DNA of 63,504 nucleotides, filler included, from Octopus bimaculoides (lineage: Eukaryota), in NCBI RefSeq assembly GCF_001194135.2. It is 4 parts of 3 records of this genome, joined end to end, with 100 filler letters (N's around TTAATTAATTAA, not from the genome) between each part and the next. Parts side by side here need not be neighbours in the genome. Positions count along the whole stretch, not along the records: positions 1 to 31,054 come from NC_069004.1; 3 more parts are not named here. One strand, given 5' to 3'. Shown here one piece after another: positions 1-10,892 of this stretch (its first letter is position 1; every line of letters starts with the position of its first letter). A model generated the notes under the pieces. The model had not been told where the DNA came from and did not search any database. It was given only the letters and a program-made list of their open reading frames with translations. The translations under genes and the position numbers were made by a program.

Positions 1-53
<53 letters not shown>

Positions 54-316
54 TAGGGCAGGGAATTGTCAATTAATTAATAAATTAATAATTAACAATT
101 TTGCCAAGTAGTTCAGTATGCAAAAAATCCTTTATCGGTAAAACATTTATAATTATAAGCATAATATAGGGATCAGCGAAAGTTGCTTCACCAACATATT
201 GAAAATTTAGAAATCTGTGCTGAGTAGTGTCGGTCCCAGACAAGACAAGTTCCACAGTAGTGCAGCCTTAAGAGAACATTGAAGCGATGGCATTGCTAGA
301 AATCGAGTTGCAACCA

Positions 317-358
<42 letters not shown>

Positions 359-604
359 GCACATACACACGCATGCGCGCACGCATGCTTGTGCTCGCGT
401 GTATTTGCCTATTTTAAAGTAAATTGGTGTGTTGAGTGACATGTCGAAATGGTAAAATGTAGCCACTTGATAAATAAAGCTCAATAAATTAAGCATCAAA
501 GCAAAAATATTAGCTGGAGGAAAACCCATTGACGGCGGTGCCTGACCATGACCACAGCATGACCAAACGGATATATAAAAAAGAAATAACAAATGAAAAC
601 TTAC

Positions 605-775
605 AAGATTTTGAGGAGGTGTTGAGAACTCCCAGTCATCAACCTTCTTGATAAATTTATCTCCACGTTTCACTGCAAGGTTGCTCTCACGAATTGCGAA
701 GTATGCTGTACTGAGACTCTCTACCATGTTTCCGTAGGTGTAATAGGTTTTCTTGTCAAATTCATACATCATTAT
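605..775 (-). CDS. Coding exon 3 of the secreted protein (IMMYEFDKKTYYTYGNMVESLSTAYFAIRESNLAVKRGDKFIKKVDDWEFSTPPQNL)
   Basis: Acceptor TTTTTTTAAG|ATA, 171 nt open, donor CTT|GTAAGT, phase 0 at both ends and in frame with exon 2. The gene probably continues beyond window position 1. Confidence 0.88.
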
Positions 776-1030
776 CTTAAAAAAATATACAGTAGAACAA
801 GGATCAGGTGTAGGAAGTTAGTAAGCTTCGAGCAGGCCGTAGAAGGTATAAAAAACAACTTTGAGGAGCAATAGTGGTTTCTTGGCGTAGAAGATTGTAA
901 ATTTTCCTTTATCGACGACAATTTAACCTTAATTTAACTAAGTAATCCTCGTTCAGTAACCGTAACTTCCGAGGTTCAGCTAAGAAACATATGTAATCTG
1001 GATTTTACCTGCTCCACTCCCTAAATCTAG

Positions 1031-1062
<32 letters not shown>

Positions 1063-1074
1063 CTGTCAGATACC

Positions 1075-1118
1075 GGCCATGATGAAATACCACAAGGTAT
1101 TGAAAATACGTATTCGCC
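1075..1118 (+). ncRNA. Minimal type I hammerhead ribozyme-like motif with one extra A in the core
   Basis: GGC-C(A)TGATGA-AATACC-acaa-GGTATT-GAA-AATACGTATT-C-GCC: 3-bp stem I, perfect 6-bp stem II, palindromic stem III, TTC cleavage triplet at 1113-1115. Confidence 0.65.
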
Positions 1119-1389
1119 TTTATATATTTAATCCTTTATATTGAACACTCAATATTTCATATATTCAATAAGACATATTCCATATATTTAATAAGACATT
1201 CAGTACTTCATTTCATTGTCCCATCCGTTTTATATCATATATTATATATTCCATATTATATATCCCACATTAATTTTACAAGAATATAAATAAAACATAA
1301 AAAACAGACAGAGTTGGAACTCTTTTAAATAAAATAATATATTCCTCTATACACGATCATACAAAACCCTTTTTTTGTATTTATTTTTA

Positions 1390-1473
<84 letters not shown>

Positions 1474-1667
1474 AAGAAGATACTATAATGATATATTAAT
1501 ATATTAAAATATATTAAACACATTATAGTATAAATGGCTTGCTAGTAACTAAAAGCCAAAATGGACTTAATAAATAAAGGGTGCGAAATAGCAACAGTGA
1601 TTGCTAAAAATAAGAGTCAAAAATTAATTCTGACACCCACAAAATTGGTTATATAACTTTAACTTAC

Positions 1668-1828
1668 TTTTGGTGCCAAGTCCATCTTCAGGATGTCCTT
1701 TGATATGTTGCCTAAGACAGCAACAGGTTCTTGAGCAAATAAAATTGGTTGATCAGTATCTACGCCGCCTATTGCTTCATTCAGAGCTTTGATGGCATTT
1801 TGTTTAATTGTTTCAACAGAGACAAAAC
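1668..1828 (-). CDS. Coding exon 2 of the secreted protein (G-FVSVETIKQNAIKALNEAIGGVDTDQPILFAQEPVAVLGNISKDILKMDLAPK)
   Basis: Acceptor TTTCTTTTATCTAG|GT, 161 nt open reading, donor AAA|GTAAGT, phase 1 in and phase 0 out. Confidence 0.88.
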
Positions 1829-1901
1829 CTAGATAAAAGAAACATTATATATGTATATGTATCTATATATATATATATGCATAAGTGTATGTATGTATGT
1901 A

Positions 1902-1962
<61 letters not shown>

Positions 1963-2204
1963 GCAATATGTATCTATTGCATACCAATATGCAATATCTA
2001 TACCTCTCTGTAAAACTGCAATAGGAAAAAAAAGAAAAGAAAAGTCGAAATATATGGTAGGAAAAAATATAATTAATCCATATTATGATAGCCATAGACA
2101 TAACTGTGTGGTTAAAAAGTTCGTTTAGCAAACACGTAGATTATGTATATAACATATACATACATATATACATACATACATACATACATACATACATACA
2201 TGTG

Positions 2205-2415
2205 TATATGTTTGTGTTTGTCGACCCTCACAGCTTGACAACCGGTGTTGGCTTATTCATGTCCCCGTAACTTACAGTTTCGGTAAAAGAGGTCGATAGA
2301 GTAGGTACTAGACTTAAGAAAAAAAAGACCCACAAGTACTGTGGTTGGTTTGTTAGCTTATCTCCTTCAAAGTGGTGCCCCATCATGGCCGCAATCCAAA
2401 GATTGAAACCAGTGA
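2205..2415 (+). mobile_element. SINE family A, diverged 3' half
   Basis: GCTTGACAACCGGTGTTGG...CCCCGTAACTTA...CATGGCCGCAATCC matches the family A tail. A similar piece lies at about 4265-4460 (+) and another at about 5470-5700 (-). Confidence 0.75.
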
Positions 2416-2420
2416 ATAAT

Positions 2421-2585
2421 GAGTGGCTGTGTGGTATGTAGCTTGCTTACCAACAACATGGTTCTGGGTTCAGTCCCACTGCGTGGCACCTTGGGCAAGT
2501 GTCTTCTACTATAGCCTCGGGCCGACCAAAGCCTTGTGAGTAGATTTGTAGACGGAAACTAAAAGAAGGCCGTCGTATATATGTG

Positions 2586-2617
<32 letters not shown>

Positions 2618-2643
2618 NNNNNNNNNNNNNNNNNNNNNNNNNN

Positions 2644-2675
<32 letters not shown>

Positions 2676-2907
2676 TGTATGTATGCGTGTGTGCATGTTT
2701 GTGTGTCTGTGTTTGTCGCCCCAACATCGCTTGACAACCGATGCTGGTGTGTTTACGTCTCCGTAACTTAGCGGTTCGGCAAAAGAGACCGATAGAATAA
2801 GTACTAGGCTTACAAAGAATAAGTACTGGGGTCGATTTTCTCGACTAAAGGCAGTGCTCCAGCATAGCCGCAGTCAAATGACTGAAGCAAGTAAAAGAGT
2901 AAAAGAG
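2421..2907 (+). mobile_element. tRNA-derived SINE family A, full length with internal microsatellite (intron 1 of the gene)
   Basis: Head GAGTGGCTGTGTGGT...GGGTTCAGTCCC (A/B-box-like), body CACCTTGGGCAAGTGTCTTCTACTATAGCC, tail CAGCATAGCCGCAGTCAAATGACTGAAGCAAGTAAAAGAG. Many homologous copies occur in the window. Confidence 0.9.
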
Positions 2908-2944
2908 TAGTGACAAAAAAAAAAGAAAGAAAGAAAGAGAATAC

Positions 2945-3008
2945 CTTGGCAGATCTGTACAGTAACCACTGCAAGACTTAAAGACAAAATGAGCCAATTG
3001 TAAGACAT
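2945..3008 (-). CDS. Coding exon 1 of an uncharacterised secreted protein (signal peptide MSYNWLILSLSLAVVTVQICQ-G)
   Basis: ATG at 3008 in context CAGAA-ATG. The 21 codons form a hydrophobic signal-peptide-like stretch. Phase-1 donor AAG|GTATTC at 2945/2944 matches the phase-1 acceptor of exon 2. Confidence 0.85.
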
Positions 3009-3066
3009 TTCTGCTGGTATCCGGTTCTTCCTGATTTCTGGATCGTTTCTGTCTCTGGTTTGGTGG

Positions 3067-3230
3067 TTTATATACCTCTTATATGTTGGGCCTTGAATGG
3101 AAGAGATGTCATATGTTTCTTTGTTTACAATTCTTTTGCTTCGCTGCCGTCACCGAAAACCCATTCCCACCCCTCTCTCGTTCCCTACGATATTGTCCAG
3201 ACATCGTTTTTAATAAAAGAAGCCGGAAGT
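3067..3230 (-). promoter_or_regulatory. Putative core promoter of the secreted-protein gene: TATA box, Forkhead-like and ETS-like sites
   Basis: TATATAAA on the minus strand at 3074-3067, about 60 nt upstream of the ATG. GTAAACAA (minus) at 3128-3121. CCGGAAGT (plus) at 3223-3230. Confidence 0.55.
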
Positions 3231-3339
3231 ACTTTCAATGAATGCTTTATTGTAAAAATTGATTGTAAGAGTGTTGAACGATGAAAAATATAAAAATAAA
3301 ACGGGGCGTGATAATAATACTAATAAGAAAAAAAAGAAT

Positions 3340-3340
3340 G

Positions 3341-3433
<93 letters not shown>

Positions 3434-4140
3434 GTTTCTTTTGTTGGCCACAAGGGCCTAAGACATGGAGAACAATATCAAAGGACGAGCGACAACACAC
3501 AGAAGAAAAAAAAGAAGAGAAAGAAGGAAGAGGAGAAGAACATGTGGAGGAGGAGGAGGAGGAGGTGGAGGAGAACAAGGGGAGGAGAAGAAGAAGGATG
3601 AGGAGGAGGAGAATAAGAATAAGAAGGAGGAGGAAGGGGAGGATGAGAATAAGAATAAGAGGAGGGGAGAAGAGAAAAATAAGATGAAAACGAAGAAGAG
3701 GAAGAAGAAGCAGAAGAAGAAGGAGGAAGAAGAAGAAGGAAGAAGAAGAAAGAAGAAGAAGGAAGAAGAAGAAGGAAGTAGAAGAAGAAGAAGAAGAAGA
3801 AGAAGAAGAAGGAAGAAGAAGAAGGAAGTAGAAGAAGAAGAAGAAGAAGAAGAAGGAAGAAGAAGAAGGAAGTAGAAGAAGAAGAAGAAGAAGAAGAAGA
3901 AGAAGAAGAAGAAGGAAGAAGAAGGAAGTAGAAGAAGAAGAAGAAGAAGAAGAAGAAGAAGGATGATGAGGAGGAGGAAGGGGAGAAGGAGGAAAATAAG
4001 AATAAGAAGGACGAGGGGAGAATAATAAGAAGTAGAAGGAGAAGAAGAAGAAGAAGAAGAAGAAGAAGAAGAAGAAGAAGAAGAAGAAGAAGAAGAAGAA
4101 GAAGAAGAAGAAGAAGAAGAAGAAGAAGAAGAAGAAGAAT
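3340..4140. repeat. Compound (AAT)n and (GAA/GAG)n microsatellite block
   Basis: Direct reading. It is the source of the poly-F/L/S/K/E pseudo-ORFs in the track. Confidence 0.95.
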
Positions 4141-4584
4141 TTAGATTTCATAGAATTGTTGATTCCATTCAATAATGCGTTAATATGCGAGTGAACATCG
4201 ATATAAACACCTTCATGTATGCATGAAAGAATGTATGTATATTTGTGTGTATGTATGTGTATGTGTGTTTCTGTGTATGTGAGTATATGTTTGTCCCTAC
4301 AACTTGGGTTGTTTCGTTTACGTCCCCATAACCAATTTGGGGTTCAACAAAAGATAGCGATTACCAGACTTTACAATTGGGGTGAATTTTTTTCGACTCA
4401 CCCGTAAAAACGGATGCTACAGCATGGCCGTACTCTGATGATTGAAACAAGAAAAGGAAAAGAACAAAGGGATACGCCTTCTACAACATGCTGCGATGCT
4501 ACACTTTGTGCTATCAGCAGTATTTTAACCATTTGACAACGTAACTAAAATTCATGGCCAATGCCATGATTTCAAATTATGACA

Positions 4585-4773
4585 CAAGGCCAGCAATTTT
4601 GAGGGAGAGGCTAAGTCGATTACTTCGACCCCAGTGTTCGACTGGTACTTATTTTATCGAGCCCGGAAGGATGAAAGGCAAAGGTCGACCTTCGACGGGA
4701 TTTGAACTCTGAACTTAAAGACGGATGAAATGCCGCTAAGCATTTTGCCTGACGATTCTGCCGACTCACCACT

Positions 4774-4834
<61 letters not shown>

Positions 4835-5305
4835 TAATAATAATTCTTTCTATTATAGGCAAAAAGCCTGAAATACTGGGGGAGGGGAGCAGTCGATTAC
4901 ATCGACCCCAGAGTTTCACTAGCACTTAATTTATCGACCTCGAGAAGATCAAAGGCCAAGGCCTACCTTTGGCAGAATTTGAACTTGGAACGTAAAAACG
5001 AATGAAATGCCGCAAAGCATTTTATCCGGCTTGCTAACGATTCTGCCAGCTTACCAACTTGTTATGAAGAAATATTGGCTTCAAATTTTGGTACAAGGAC
5101 AATAATTTCGTGGTAGTGGTGGTGGTGGTGGGTGGGTGTCAATCGATTACAGCAACCTCAGTGCTCAACTAGTAATTATTTACCGATACCGAAAGGATGA
5201 AGGGTAATGTCGACCTCGATGGAATTTGAACTCAACGTAAACACGGAAGAAATACCGCGAAACATTTTGCTCGGTGCGCAAATGATTCTGTCAGCCAGAT
5301 CACCA
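4585..5305 (-). mobile_element. Three tandem copies of tRNA-derived SINE family B
   Basis: Repeated reverse complement of GAGTTCAAAT.CC..CGA.GGTCGACTTTGCCTTTCATCCTT.CGGG.TCGATAAAATAAGTACCAG at about 4585-4770, 4850-5050 and 5080-5305. Confidence 0.85.
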
Positions 5306-6432
5306 CCTTAATGGTCATTCCCAAAATGATGATAATTCTCTGCCCTAGTAAAAACTAGAATTGATATTTTCTGCTTCTGCAATAAATTTTTTTCTTGCAT
5401 CTCTTGTAAGTATGGTTTTCATATTCACCGCTAAAATTATTCGCTTCTTGCTCTCTAAATTTTTTTACCTTTTAACTTTTATTTCTTTCAGACATTAGGT
5501 TGGGACCATGCTGGAGCACCGCCTTGAAGAAATTTTATTTGAACGAATCTACATCAATACTTATCATGTTTTATTTTGTTTCAAAGCCTGATACTTATTC
5601 TATCGTTGTCTCTTGCCGAACTGTTAAGTGATGGAAACGTAAGTACACCAACACTTGTTGTCAAATGGCAGTGAGGGAGAAACACAGACACAAAGACACA
5701 AAGGCACACACAAACATACATACACACACACAAACACACACGAACACACACTCTCATTCAGTGGGTCTTAGTCAGAAACCACGTAGTTGGGAAGCAAATT
5801 TCTTAGTCGAAATATTCAGAATATGCTCTGGTAAAATATGGCAAAAGTAGAAAAGTAATAACAACATGAATATTTTGTAATAACAATGAAGAATAACATA
5901 AATTAGTTGTCGTGGTGAAAGTGATAGAGAAGGATTAATCTAGGTCCTTACAACACTTACTTATAATTAAATCCGTTCCAATCATGACCGATTCGCCTTT
6001 TGTTTTCCAAACTTAACCATTTTAATTATTTACAAGTGTGATTTGTTCGCGGTCACGCTGATAGAGGATGACTGAAACGATAATCGATGAGGGAGTGAGT
6101 GGCAGGCAGAGACGTTAAACGTAGTTGTAGGGAAAGAGAACAATGATAGTTGCATTGAGTTTTAGTGTGAGGTTTGGTATTGGCTGGAGTAGCAGGTATT
6201 TTTGACCAAAATGAAAGTGTAATTCATTATCGAAAATTTTGAAAGAAATATATTTTCACTAAATTTCATAGATTCACTAAATTTCATAGATTATACTCAA
6301 AGGTAGAAAAAAAGAAAGGAAGAAAATGTTTTGGATTTTAAATGTTCGAATTTCATGTACATATTCAAGAGCACATACATATTCGCACACACTCAAGCAC
6401 ACATATTTGCATACACATTTGCACACACGTTT

Positions 6433-6481
<49 letters not shown>

Positions 6482-7536
6482 CACACACACACACACACAC
6501 CCGTGTGCCCAAGCATGACAAGCATTAACAAAGGATTTCCCGTTGCTTAAAAAATACTTTTAGATAAAAGAGAATAGTTTGATATTTAATTTCATAAATG
6601 CATCCATACACACTCATGTGTATGTATGTATGTATGTATGTATGTATGTATGTATGTATGTATGTGTGTGTATGTATGTACCTATGCATGTGTGTTTGTA
6701 TGAATGTTTGTATGTATGTATGNNNNNNNNNNNNNNNNNNNNNNNNNNNNNNNNNNNNNNNNNNNNNNNNNNNNNNNNNNNNNNNNNNNNNNNNNNNNNN
6801 NNNNNNNNNNNNNNNNNNNNNNNNNNNNNNNNNNNNNNNNNNNNNNNNNNNNNNNNNNNNNNNNNNNNNNNNNNNNNNNNNNNNNNNNNNNNNNNNNNNN
6901 NNNNNNNNNNNNNNNNNNNNNNNNNNNNNNNNNNNNNNNNNNNNNNNNNNNNNNNNNNNNNNNNNNNNNNNNNNNNNNNNNNNNNNNNNNNNNNNNNNNN
7001 NNNNNNNNNNNNNNNNNNNNNNNNNNNNNNNNNNNNNNNNNNNNNNNNNNNNNNNNNNNNNNNNNNNNNNNNNNNNNNNNNNNNNNNNNNNNNNNNNNNN
7101 NNNNNNNNNNNNNNNNNNNNNNNNNNNNNNNNNNNNNNNNNNNNNNNNNNNNNNNNNNNNNNNNNNNNNNNNNNNNNNNNNNNNNNNNNNNNNNNNNNNN
7201 NNNNNNNNNNNNNNNNNNNNNNNNNNNNNNNNNNNNNNNNNNNNNNNNNNNNNNNNNNNNNNNNNNNNNNNNNNNNNNNNNNNNNNNNNNNNNNNNNNNN
7301 NNNNNNNNNNNNNNNNNNNNNNNNNNNNNNNNNNNNNNNNNNNNNNNNNNNNNNNNNNNNNNNNNNNNNNNNNNNNNNNNNNNNNNNNNNNNNNNNNNNN
7401 NNNNNNNNNNNNNNNNNNNNNNNNNNNNNNNNNNNNNNNNNNNNNNNNNNNNNNNNNNNNNNNNNCATACATACATACATACATACAACATACATACAGG
7501 CATACATACATACATACATACATACATACATACTTA

Positions 7537-7779
<243 letters not shown>

Positions 7780-8559
7780 TTAATTCACATATATCTATTA
7801 ATTTTAAGCCAAGAATCAGAAAAATGTAAAAATGCATACAGATACACACACACACATATATATATATGTGCATAAATGCATATATACACAATACATCAAT
7901 ATTTATACGTTTATATGGATATAATATAAATATCTCGCATAGACTTAAGTAAATGAAAAATATCAATTTAAGAACAAGAAAAATAACAATTTACAAGGGA
8001 TGAGAGGTTAATAAGAAAGGGTATCAAAATAACAGAACAAAATAATAAGAACTTATTGAAACTAATAAGAAATACATATAACCTACATATAAGAGATTAA
8101 AATTAGAGGCAGGGAAAAGATAAAGGTAACCCAAAAGAGGGGGTTATAGGTATGGAAGTAACGAGGGCAGTTAAAGGTATTCAGACTGAAAAGATTTTAT
8201 AAGTTGTAATGCTAGTGGTGTTGTTTTTTGTATGATTTTGTAGTTTCTAGGGGGTATAGGATTTAGTCAAAAGGAGACTTACTTACATAATGTCACTACA
8301 AGTATACATATGATCGGTGGGGTAGAACATCGTAGAAGGGAAAATAGTGTGATCACCAAAATAGGATGAAGTCAGACTAACTAGGCAGGGGTTATCATGG
8401 GATAGTGTTACACATAGCACACCATATAACACAATACATAGTATATAACACATGTAATGCAATATAATTCACCATATAACATAATATCACATGAATTTTT
8501 ATATTTGATACTGAAGGGTAAGTTTACAACGGATCCGACACCAAAATTAATTCCCAACA

Positions 8560-8905
8560 TCAAAGTTCAAGTATGGTAACTATAATCATTAGTTTCGAAA
8601 CTACTTAAGTGTACCTGTGACGCTATGCATGCGTGACACCCTCAGGTCTAATCTATTATTAATCTGGTTGTTCTTGTCCCTATACTTAGAAATCTCATTA
8701 AGTTTCCATAGAGCACAGCTCACAGCCATATTGATTATCTCTATAAAGCTGCGCTCTCCGTATTATATCCCATTTAAGGCTAAATCCAGTCCCGCTTTCT
8801 TTTAGTTCCCAAATCTTACTAGATAAAGACGTACTATTAGCTTTATGTTTGAGTCTAAAAGATGAAATATGGTTATTGATACGTTTTTTTTCATANNNNN
8901 NNNNN

Positions 8906-8944
<39 letters not shown>

Positions 8945-9116
8945 AAAGTTACCAGCCTCAGTCACGATTATACATTTATAAATTTCGTTTTGGATTAAAC
9001 ATCGACCTAATAACCTACAGAGGGTTTTAACTCTACAATTGCATCCAGAAACATTACTACAATTAATGTTATTGATATTCCTATCATTGTTATTATTATC
9101 ATCATTACTACTACTG

Positions 9117-9160
<44 letters not shown>

Positions 9161-9206
9161 ACTGCTGCCACTGCTGCTACTACTACTACTACTACTGCTG
9201 CTACTG

Positions 9207-9260
<54 letters not shown>

Positions 9261-10330
9261 TAATCGGTATTATTATTATTATTGGTGTTACTGTTTATAC
9301 TTCCTTCGACTACATTTAAATTCATCTCAGCGTCAACAGGTATTGTGCCAGTAATCCCTGTGCTAATATAAACTTCAGAGTCACAGTCTACATTGTACAT
9401 ATTAGATGTGTTAGTACTGTTGTTTCTAATTCCTACATCTCCATTAATATTATCACCATTGTAGGAGTTTCAACCAGTGTTGACAATACTGATATTATCA
9501 TCATTAATTCCTCTTGCTGGTTTTGTATTCTTTCTATTAAACCTGACTGTGTGTATGTATGTATATACATGTGTACGTATATATATNNNNNNNNNNNNNN
9601 NNNNNNNNNNNNNNNNNNNNNNNNNNNNNNNNNNNNNNATATATATATATATATATATACATACATATGTGTGTGTGTGTGTGTGTGATATTCAGACTGT
9701 CAATGTATCAATGTAACTAATGGCGTATATCAAGGCTTAACTCCCGTCTCTCTGCTTAGCATTACATTTTCTTCTTTCTTTTGTCATACAAAACCTCTCT
9801 TTCATTCCTTTTTTGATATGCTAGATTTGTATTAATTTGTAAATTTGTTACATTCATTCGCGCTTGTTTATTATATAACGTATTTCGTTTATTATTCTTA
9901 AATTCTTTAATTCTAGAATGATGTGCTTTGAAATGTTTTCTTTGAAAGTTAAATAAAAGAGCGATTTGTAAAGATTCCTTTTTATTCAACTTTATTTTAC
10001 TCGCGTTTAATGCTTTTATAGTTTTTCGTGAACAGTCAGTCGTATCATCCAACAAATTCCATTAATTATGTTATTAACTTTGAATGGTTATAAACCCCTG
10101 TCCAACCATCTTTAATTGTCATTTTGATGAATTACAAATAATTTTCATTGCAGCATATATAAATATTTATAAGCAATTTTATTTTTCCAAAAGTTCACTT
10201 TTTTCTGATGTTCAATTATGTGAAACACTGAGTAACATTCTATGAAGTTTTGCATTATTCAATCAAACACAGTATTTTACCCTGCCTTTGATAATCGAGT
10301 ATTATTTTGTCCACCTTGTTTTATAAATAT
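8560..10330 (-). mobile_element. Decayed Penelope-like element: GIY-YIG endonuclease with Cys-rich linker and putative N-terminal region, no RT visible
   Basis: 9046-8945 encodes GCNCRVKTLCRLLGRCLIQNEIYKCII. 8886-8698 encodes KRINNHISSFRLKHKANSTSLSSKIWELKESGTGFSLKWDIIRRAQLYRDNQYGCELCSMET*. Together these fit the CNC..CPL.G.CL....IYK and H...F.....T.LS..IW.LK...W.I.....C.LC..E pattern of PLE GIY-YIG domains. The basic ORF at 10055-9762 is tentatively its N-terminus. Confidence 0.8.
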
Positions 10331-10438
10331 ATTTCACACAGGTCTATGTATGTATGTATGTATGTATGTATGTATGTATGTATGTATGTATGTATGTATG
10401 TATGTGTGAATGTATGTATGTATGTGTGTATGTGTGTG

Positions 10439-10792
10439 TGTCAAGTCCTCATTAAAGGCCTGTGATATGCAGGACACTGACTGGGAGAACAATGCCTGTC
10501 ATCGCCACAGATGGAGGAAGCAGGTTAAGGAGGGGACCGACACTTTTGAGAGAGCACGTATCCAGCATGAAGAACTTAAGCGAGCTGCGCGAAAGCGCAC
10601 GGCTCGTATAGTGAATGGGGAAAGCTTAATCTGCAATGTTTGCAGTCGTGTCTGCTTGTCAAGAGCAGGGCTCATTAGCCACCAACGGAGCCGCAAATGC
10701 AAAATATAAGTTAGTCCTAGAGCGCACAATGTTCCCGAAGGTCGGCAATGGTCTTCCTCGGTCACGAGTGGACGGCCATTATCATCATCATT
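10439..10792 (+). mobile_element. 5'-truncated RTE (BovB-like) LINE 3' end
   Basis: Open frame KSSLKACDMQDTDWENNACHRHRWRKQVKEG...LICNVCSRVCLSRAGLISHQRS* matches the RTE-BovB C-terminus with its zinc finger. It has a short 3' UTR, an (ATC)n tail, and sits in a (TATG)n array. Confidence 0.85.
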
Positions 10793-10854
10793 CATGTATG
10801 TATGTATGTATGTATGTATGTATGTATGTATGTATGTATGTGTGTGTGTGTATG

Positions 10855-10892
<38 letters not shown>

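Noticed and set aside
420-560. Resemblance of GFPPANIFALMLNLLSF to DRAM/TMEM150 proteins
   Set aside because: The spacing differs from the family motif, and the segment lies downstream of a strong splice donor, so it is probably intronic.
10625-10709. C2H2-like finger (CNVCSRVCLSRAGLISHQRS) as a member of the octopus zinc-finger expansion
   Set aside because: It is a single finger at the end of an RTE-BovB C-terminus, followed by a LINE 3' UTR and tail, with no TGEKP linkers.
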